Shown piece after piece: positions 58,758-64,000 of a stretch of 64,000 nt of DNA. Origin of the DNA: Bacteroidota bacterium (GTDB lineage: Bacteria > Bacteroidota > Bacteroidia > 2-12-FULL-35-15); NCBI GenBank assembly GCA_029237775.1, contig JAQZBR010000009.1, forward strand, positions 7,708 to 71,707. The letters are read 5' to 3'. A program made the position numbers and the translations under genes. Position 1 is the first letter of the stretch. Each line of letters begins with the position of its first letter. Below the pieces are notes generated by a model, which worked only from the letters and a program-made list of their open reading frames with translations, had not been told where the DNA came from and did not search any database.

Positions 58758-59771
58758 ATGAACCGACACGTTTTCAATTACGACCAAACCTTTACGCTTG
58801 AAAATGGCAAAACCCTTTCGTCCATAGAAATAACTTATCACACCTATGGCAAACTGAATGCTGATAAAAGTAATGTGATCTGGTTCTGTCACGCATTGAC
58901 CGCTAACAGTGATGTTGCTGACTGGTGGGATTCCCTTGTAGGAGAAGGCAAAAAATATGATCCTTCAGAATACTTTATTATTTGTGCAAATATCCTCGGA
59001 TCCTGTTATGGCAGCTCCGGGCCATTAAGTATTGATCCTCGTACGCAAAAACCTTACTACAGCACATTTCCACAGGTCACTATCCGCGACATGGTAAGAG
59101 CGCACTCGTTACTGCGTCAGCATCTGACGATCGAAAAGATAAACACCGTTGTTGGCGGATCGATGGGCGGATATCAGGTTTTGGAATGGGCTGTGAGTGA
59201 ACCTGAAGTTTTCGACAATATGGTGCTTGTAGCTACGAGCCCGCAGGAATCCGCCTGGGGAATAGCAGTGCACACCTCTCAGCGTTTAGCGATTGAGGCT
59301 GATTCCTCATGGAATGACATGAATGCAAATGCAGGAGCAAAAGGTCTGAAAGCCGCACGTGCTATCGGAATGCTCACATACAGAACCTATGATGCTTTTG
59401 TAAAAACACAAACAGATAATGAGCACAGGCTTGATAACTTCAAAGCGAGCTCATACATTCATCATCAGGGAGATAAATTAGTGAGGCGCTTCAACACCTA
59501 TAGTTATTGGCTTTTAGGCAAAGCGATGGATTCGCATAATATCGGAAGAGGAAGAGGCACGGTTGAAAGCGTTTTACAAAATATAAAGATGCCAACAATT
59601 ATAATCGGCATTTCGAGCGATCAGCTCTGTCCGGTTTCGGAGCAAAAATTCATGGCAAAACATATTCCGGGCTCTTCTTATATTGAGATCGATTCACCTT
59701 ACGGGCATGACGGATTTTTGATCGAAGGAAAATTGATCGGAGAGGCTATTTCAAATGCTTTACCGAGTTAA
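58758..59771 (+). CDS. metX: Homoserine O-acetyltransferase
   Basis: 337 aa. N-terminal FTLENGKTL...ITYHTYGKLN...NVIWFCHALT and GGSMGG nucleophile elbow of the alpha/beta hydrolase fold. The sequence does not distinguish acetyl from succinyl donor. Confidence 0.9.
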   Translation: MNRHVFNYDQTFTLENGKTLSSIEITYHTYGKLNADKSNVIWFCHALTANSDVADWWDSLVGEGKKYDPSEYFIICANILGSCYGSSGPLSIDPRTQKPYYSTFPQVTIRDMVRAHSLLRQHLTIEKINTVVGGSMGGYQVLEWAVSEPEVFDNMVLVATSPQESAWGIAVHTSQRLAIEADSSWNDMNANAGAKGLKAARAIGMLTYRTYDAFVKTQTDNEHRLDNFKASSYIHHQGDKLVRRFNTYSYWLLGKAMDSHNIGRGRGTVESVLQNIKMPTIIIGISSDQLCPVSEQKFMAKHIPGSSYIEIDSPYGHDGFLIEGKLIGEAISNALPS

Positions 59772-60690
59772 ACACTCCTTTGATCACTTCGCACATTTTA
59801 TCAAGATCAAGCGTTTCGATCGTATCTGTCGGCTCATGATAATTAGCATTCCGGTAAAATGATGTATCAGTGATCATCACAGCTACATAGCCATATTTCC
59901 AGTAATTCAGATGATCCGAAAAATCTATTCCCGGAATAAATGCCGGTGCATTCAGGGATATCGTTTTTATCTCAGATGTTCTGTTCATCTGCCGCTTGAT
60001 CCTTCGAGTTGTTTTGCCCTGCCCCACCCTGCCTATCACGGCAATGAAATTGCCTTTCGTAGGATAAAATAGTTTCATGATGCCAACCGGATATTCCTGA
60101 GAATGTTTCTTCTCTGAAAAGTATCCGATCATTTCAAGACAAACCATTGCTTTTACTTTAATGCCTTTGTCGTGTAGCATTTTCGCGTGCACTGAGCTTC
60201 CCATGTTTTCAGTCCTGAAATTCGGAGGCTCTTCCAACGTATAAGCAACAAGATCAACTCGGTATTTTAAATCCTTTTCATATTCTCTTAATAGCCTTGA
60301 AATTTCCAGCAAACCCGCCACTCCGCTAGCATTGTCATCCGCGCCCGGCTGCAAACCGCAAACATCATAGTGGGCACCGATTATTATCCTTTCACCTTCA
60401 ACAGGCCCGAATGAACATATTACGTTTTTATATTCAATGGCTCCTACAAAGTACTTCTGCTCTTCAACCCTGCTTGTTTGTCCACTAAAGGCTTTAAAAA
60501 TATAAGCAGCACACTCATTCAGGCGGGCCGGGTTTCCGTCAAACCTTGATTTAGCAGAACCCGCCAAAAACTGAAGGTCCTTCAGAACGCGTTCTTTATT
60601 TACGCGCTGACTATCAGGAAATGAAAAAACGGGATCCGCATTCATACGAATCCCGCTAATCAATAAAATTAATATTAGAAACTTTCTCAA
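59746..60690 (-). CDS. M28-family zinc aminopeptidase, secreted. TTG start directly after the ferritin stop.
   Basis: Signal peptide. GAHYDVCGLQPGADDNASGVAGLLE is the M28 metal-binding/active-site block. The 3' end overlaps metX by 26 nt. Confidence 0.75.
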   Translation of the reverse strand: MRKFLILILLISGIRMNADPVFSFPDSQRVNKERVLKDLQFLAGSAKSRFDGNPARLNECAAYIFKAFSGQTSRVEEQKYFVGAIEYKNVICSFGPVEGERIIIGAHYDVCGLQPGADDNASGVAGLLEISRLLREYEKDLKYRVDLVAYTLEEPPNFRTENMGSSVHAKMLHDKGIKVKAMVCLEMIGYFSEKKHSQEYPVGIMKLFYPTKGNFIAVIGRVGQGKTTRRIKRQMNRTSEIKTISLNAPAFIPGIDFSDHLNYWKYGYVAVMITDTSFYRNANYHEPTDTIETLDLDKMCEVIKGVFNSVKHLK

Positions 60691-61204
60691 TTATTTTTGA
60701 ATTGGAACTTCACCACCAGACATGCCGCCAAGATCGCGGTCAAAGAAATACATCCCGGCTTTATCGTTGCCAATAAATTTAAGCTTATCCAGAACCCTTC
60801 TTGATAATGCTTCTTCTTCTATCTGCTCAGACACATACCACTGAAGGAAGTTTTGGGTTGTATAGTCTTTTTCCTTTAAACAGATCTCTACCAGATCATT
60901 GATCGATGCAGAAACTAATTCCTCATGTTTCAACACCTCTTCGAATACAAATTGTACCGATTCGAATTCCTGCGACTGAGCTTTTAATGCCGGGATCAAG
61001 GCCTTCCCTCCGCGTTCATTTACGTATTTAACAAGCTTTAACATATGCATCCGCTCTTCATCCGAATGCGAATAAAGAAAAGCAGCAACACCTTCAAGAC
61101 CCTGGGTTTCTGCCCACGAAGCCATGGCTAAATAATATTGTGATGATGAAGCCTCCAGCTCTATCTGCTGATTAAGAGCATGTTCTACTTTTTTAGTTAC
61201 CATA
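60691..61204 (-). CDS. ftn: Ferritin (bacterial non-heme ferritin-like). ORF track start 61293; the likely start is the ATG at ~61204 (MVTKKVEHALN...).
   Basis: ELEASSSQYYLAMASWAE...DEERMHMLKLVKYVNERGG...ELVSASINDL: ferroxidase-centre Glu/His pattern of ferritin. Confidence 0.7.
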
Positions 61205-61365
61205 AGTAAATGTTTTTTTAAATTAAAGTGTCTCTTTTTTAAGAATGACCTTAGCAAAGTTATATCTTTTTTATTAAAAAGAAGTGCCAGCAACAGGCTT
61301 GAAAAAACCGCCCGGATTTAGTATCTTTGAAATACCTTATTAAATTATTCCGCGTTAGAAACAAA

Positions 61366-64000
61366 ATGACTGCTAATTACCAAAACCTTATTTCCAAATT
61401 GGATGAATTTATCCGCAAATATTACAAGAATCAGCTTGTAAGAGGATTCATCTATACCATAGGATTGGTTCTTATATTTTTTATCACAGTTACCGCGCTT
61501 GAGTATTACGCTCACTTCAGCACTCTTGTCAGAACTATACTCTTTTATCTTTTTATAGCTTCAAGTCTCTTCATCCTTGTTAAGTATATGGTCATTCCGC
61601 TTTCACGGCTTTACAAATTCGGGAAGATCATTTCATATGAAGAAGCTTCTGCAATTATCGGCACACACTTTAACAATGTACAGGATAAATTATTGAATGT
61701 TCTACAGCTTCAGAAACAATCCTCTGAATATAACCTTACCGGTCCGCATTTGGAACTTTTACAGGCCAGTATCGATCAGAAAACATTAGAGCTTCGCCCG
61801 ATCCCGTTCACCTCTGCGGTAAATATTTCGGAGAATAAAAAACATCTGAAATATGCGTTAATTCCTCTGCTCCTGGTCCTGCTTATACTTTTTGCCGCAC
61901 CCGGAATAATCAAAGAAGGAACAACCAGGCTTGTGCAGCATGACGAATATTTCGAGGCGCAGGCGCCTTTTCAATTTGTTATCCTCAACAATGATTTGAA
62001 GACTGTCGCCCAGGAAGATTATGAGTTAAAGGTGAAATTAACGGGACAGGAAATTCCTGAGAACATTTATGTTGAAATCGATGGAAATGAATTCAAGCTT
62101 GATAAAGAGAACATCGTTAATTTCAAATACCTGTTCAAAAATGTACAGAGAACGGTTAACTTCCAGCTTAGCGCAGACGGATTTAAATCCAGGGAATACG
62201 AATTAGTTGCTTTACCGAATCCAATCCTGTTAAATTTTGATATTGCTCTCGCATATCCGAAATACCTTAATAAAAAGGATGAAGTACTTAAAAACACAGG
62301 TGATCTTATCGTACCTGCCGGAACAAAGGTTAGCTGGAATTTTAATACAGAGAACACCAAACAACTACGATTGAATTTTAATGACACCGCATTTAATGTT
62401 GAACAGAATTCAGAGAATGCTTTTAATTATTCCACACGTCTTTACCGCGATAAGACATATTCTGTTACCACTTCAAACCAGTTCCTTAAGAGCAGGGATT
62501 CTGTAACCTACACCATCAACGTGATTCCGGATGCATATCCGCAGATAGATGTTGAAGAACAAAAGGATTCGGTATCAACTCAAAAACTGCATTTCCGCGG
62601 ACAGGTAAAAGATGATCATGGTTTGTCCAAACTGACATTCAACTATCGTTTCATTATTAATAATGATTCCGCTATTTCCGATGCGCACAAAAAAAACACA
62701 ACAAACACAAAAGCTCTTTTAGTCAACACAAACTCTGCTCAGGATATCTTCTTTCACAACTGGGATCTTGGCTCACTTGGTGTGAATGCAGGCGATGAGA
62801 TAGAGTATTATTTCGAGATCTTCGACAATGACGGAGTTACAGGGAGCAAGTCAACAAGATCTCAAAGGATGATCTTTAAAGCACCGACACTTGACGAATT
62901 GGCTGCAAATACAGAGAAGAACAACAGCAAGATCAAAGACGACCTGAAGGAAAGCATCACACAGGCAAAAGATGTTCAGAAAGCGCTGGCTGATCTTCAG
63001 CGAAAAGTGGCGGAGAAAAAGGAGCTAAGCTGGGAAGAAAAGAAAAAGATGCAGGATCTCCTTGAAAAGCAGAAACAGCTTCAGAAGAAAGTAGAAAATA
63101 TTAAAAATGAGAATGCTCAGAACAATGAGCAACAAAATGAATACAAGAATCCGGATGAAGAAATGCTTGAAAAGCAAAGGCAGCTGGAAGAACTTTTCGA
63201 TAAGGTAATGACACCGGAGATGAAAGAGAAGTACGAAGAGCTTCAGAAGCTGCTGGAAAAAATGGATAAGGATAAAGTGCAGGAAGCGCTCGAGAAAATG
63301 AAACTTGATAACAAAGATCTTTTAAAGGAGCTTGATAGAAACCTTGAGATCTTTAAGCAAATGGAGTTCGAACAAAAACTCCAGCAGAATATCGAAAAGC
63401 TGAATGACCTTTCTAAAAAACAGGAAGACCTTGCGAAACAATCCGAAGACAAAAAAGCAGACGCTAAAGATCAAAAAGAAAAGCAGGATGACCTGAATAA
63501 GAAGTTTGAAGAGCTGAAACAGGACATGAAAGAGCTTGAGAAAAAGAACAGTGAGCTTCAGGATCCTAAAAAGCTTGAGAATACTGATCAAAAGCAGGAA
63601 GAGATTAAAAAGGAAATGGAGAAAAGTAGTGAAGAGCTAAAGCAGGATCAAAAAAAGAGTGCAGCAAAATCACAAAAAAGTGCAGCTCAAAAAATGCAGG
63701 AAATGAGCCAGCAAATGCAGGAAATGCAGGAGAAGGAACAAAAAGAGCAGGAAGGCGAGGACATTAATAAGCTCCGTGATTTACTGGAAAATATAGTTCA
63801 GCTTTCTTTCGGGCAGGAAGGTCTGATGAATGAATTATCAAAAGCTAAAACCAACGACCCTCAGTATTATAAGCTGAATCAAAAACAAAAAAAGCTGCAG
63901 GACGATTCGAAAATGGTTGAAGACAGTCTGCTTGCCCTTGCTAAAAGAGTTCCGCAGATCAAAGTGGCGGTTTTACATGAAACCAGCGCCATTAATATGA
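61366..64000 (+). CDS. Large membrane-anchored coiled-coil protein (DUF4175-like). Partial: continues beyond the window end.
   Basis: ATG at 61366. Two N-terminal hydrophobic helices, beta-rich middle region, then >300 aa of K/E/Q-rich coiled coil. Open frame runs to the window edge; not in the ORF track because it is incomplete. Confidence 0.5.
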   Translation, partial: MTANYQNLISKLDEFIRKYYKNQLVRGFIYTIGLVLIFFITVTALEYYAHFSTLVRTILFYLFIASSLFILVKYMVIPLSRLYKFGKIISYEEASAIIGTHFNNVQDKLLNVLQLQKQSSEYNLTGPHLELLQASIDQKTLELRPIPFTSAVNISENKKHLKYALIPLLLVLLILFAAPGIIKEGTTRLVQHDEYFEAQAPFQFVILNNDLKTVAQEDYELKVKLTGQEIPENIYVEIDGNEFKLDKENIVNFKYLFKNVQRTVNFQLSADGFKSREYELVALPNPILLNFDIALAYPKYLNKKDEVLKNTGDLIVPAGTKVSWNFNTENTKQLRLNFNDTAFNVEQNSENAFNYSTRLYRDKTYSVTTSNQFLKSRDSVTYTINVIPDAYPQIDVEEQKDSVSTQKLHFRGQVKDDHGLSKLTFNYRFIINNDSAISDAHKKNTTNTKALLVNTNSAQDIFFHNWDLGSLGVNAGDEIEYYFEIFDNDGVTGSKSTRSQRMIFKAPTLDELAANTEKNNSKIKDDLKESITQAKDVQKALADLQRKVAEKKELSWEEKKKMQDLLEKQKQLQKKVENIKNENAQNNEQQNEYKNPDEEMLEKQRQLEELFDKVMTPEMKEKYEELQKLLEKMDKDKVQEALEKMKLDNKDLLKELDRNLEIFKQMEFEQKLQQNIEKLNDLSKKQEDLAKQSEDKKADAKDQKEKQDDLNKKFEELKQDMKELEKKNSELQDPKKLENTDQKQEEIKKEMEKSSEELKQDQKKSAAKSQKSAAQKMQEMSQQMQEMQEKEQKEQEGEDINKLRDLLENIVQLSFGQEGLMNELSKAKTNDPQYYKLNQKQKKLQDDSKMVEDSLLALAKRVPQIKVAVLHETSAINM

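Overview
Scope: 64 kb chromosomal segment from a Bacteroidota genome (roughly 40% GC; Bacteroidota-specific ACIII, T9SS C-terminal domains, SprB repeats, TAnnTTTG promoter motifs). No tRNA/rRNA, CRISPR array, transposase, integrase or phage gene was found.

Gene content, in order: a partial outer-membrane protein; xth; an orphan family-5 solute-binding lipoprotein; an OmpA-family lipoprotein; a MORN-repeat protein; rimP-nusA-infB; a complete alternative complex III operon (actABCDEF) contiguous with aa3-type cytochrome oxidase coxB-coxA; an ABC-F ATPase; a DEAD-box helicase; metZ/osmC/metX; an M28 peptidase; ferritin; and a partial giant coiled-coil membrane protein.

Main finding: six paralogous membrane sensor proteins with a SpoIIE/RsbU-like PP2C phosphatase output domain. 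Three have periplasmic TPR arrays. Three have beta-propeller plus Y_Y_Y sensors of the kind seen in Bacteroidetes hybrid two-component systems. Four lie in a co-directional, tightly spaced block together with a 1186-aa SprB-repeat adhesin carrying a T9SS type-B C-terminal domain. None has a STAS or anti-sigma kinase partner in cis.

Secondary observations: ActA carries an extra N-terminal mono-heme domain (six CxxCH). Histidine-rich tails occur on CoxA, ActC and a small membrane protein. A terminator-like hairpin sits 15 nt upstream of rimP, consistent with a leader attenuator. Three convergent gene pairs have 3' ends that abut or overlap. Several genes start on GTG/TTG.

Coordinate caveat: CDS coordinates follow the ORF track. 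Hairpin coordinates are read by eye and may be off by a few nt.
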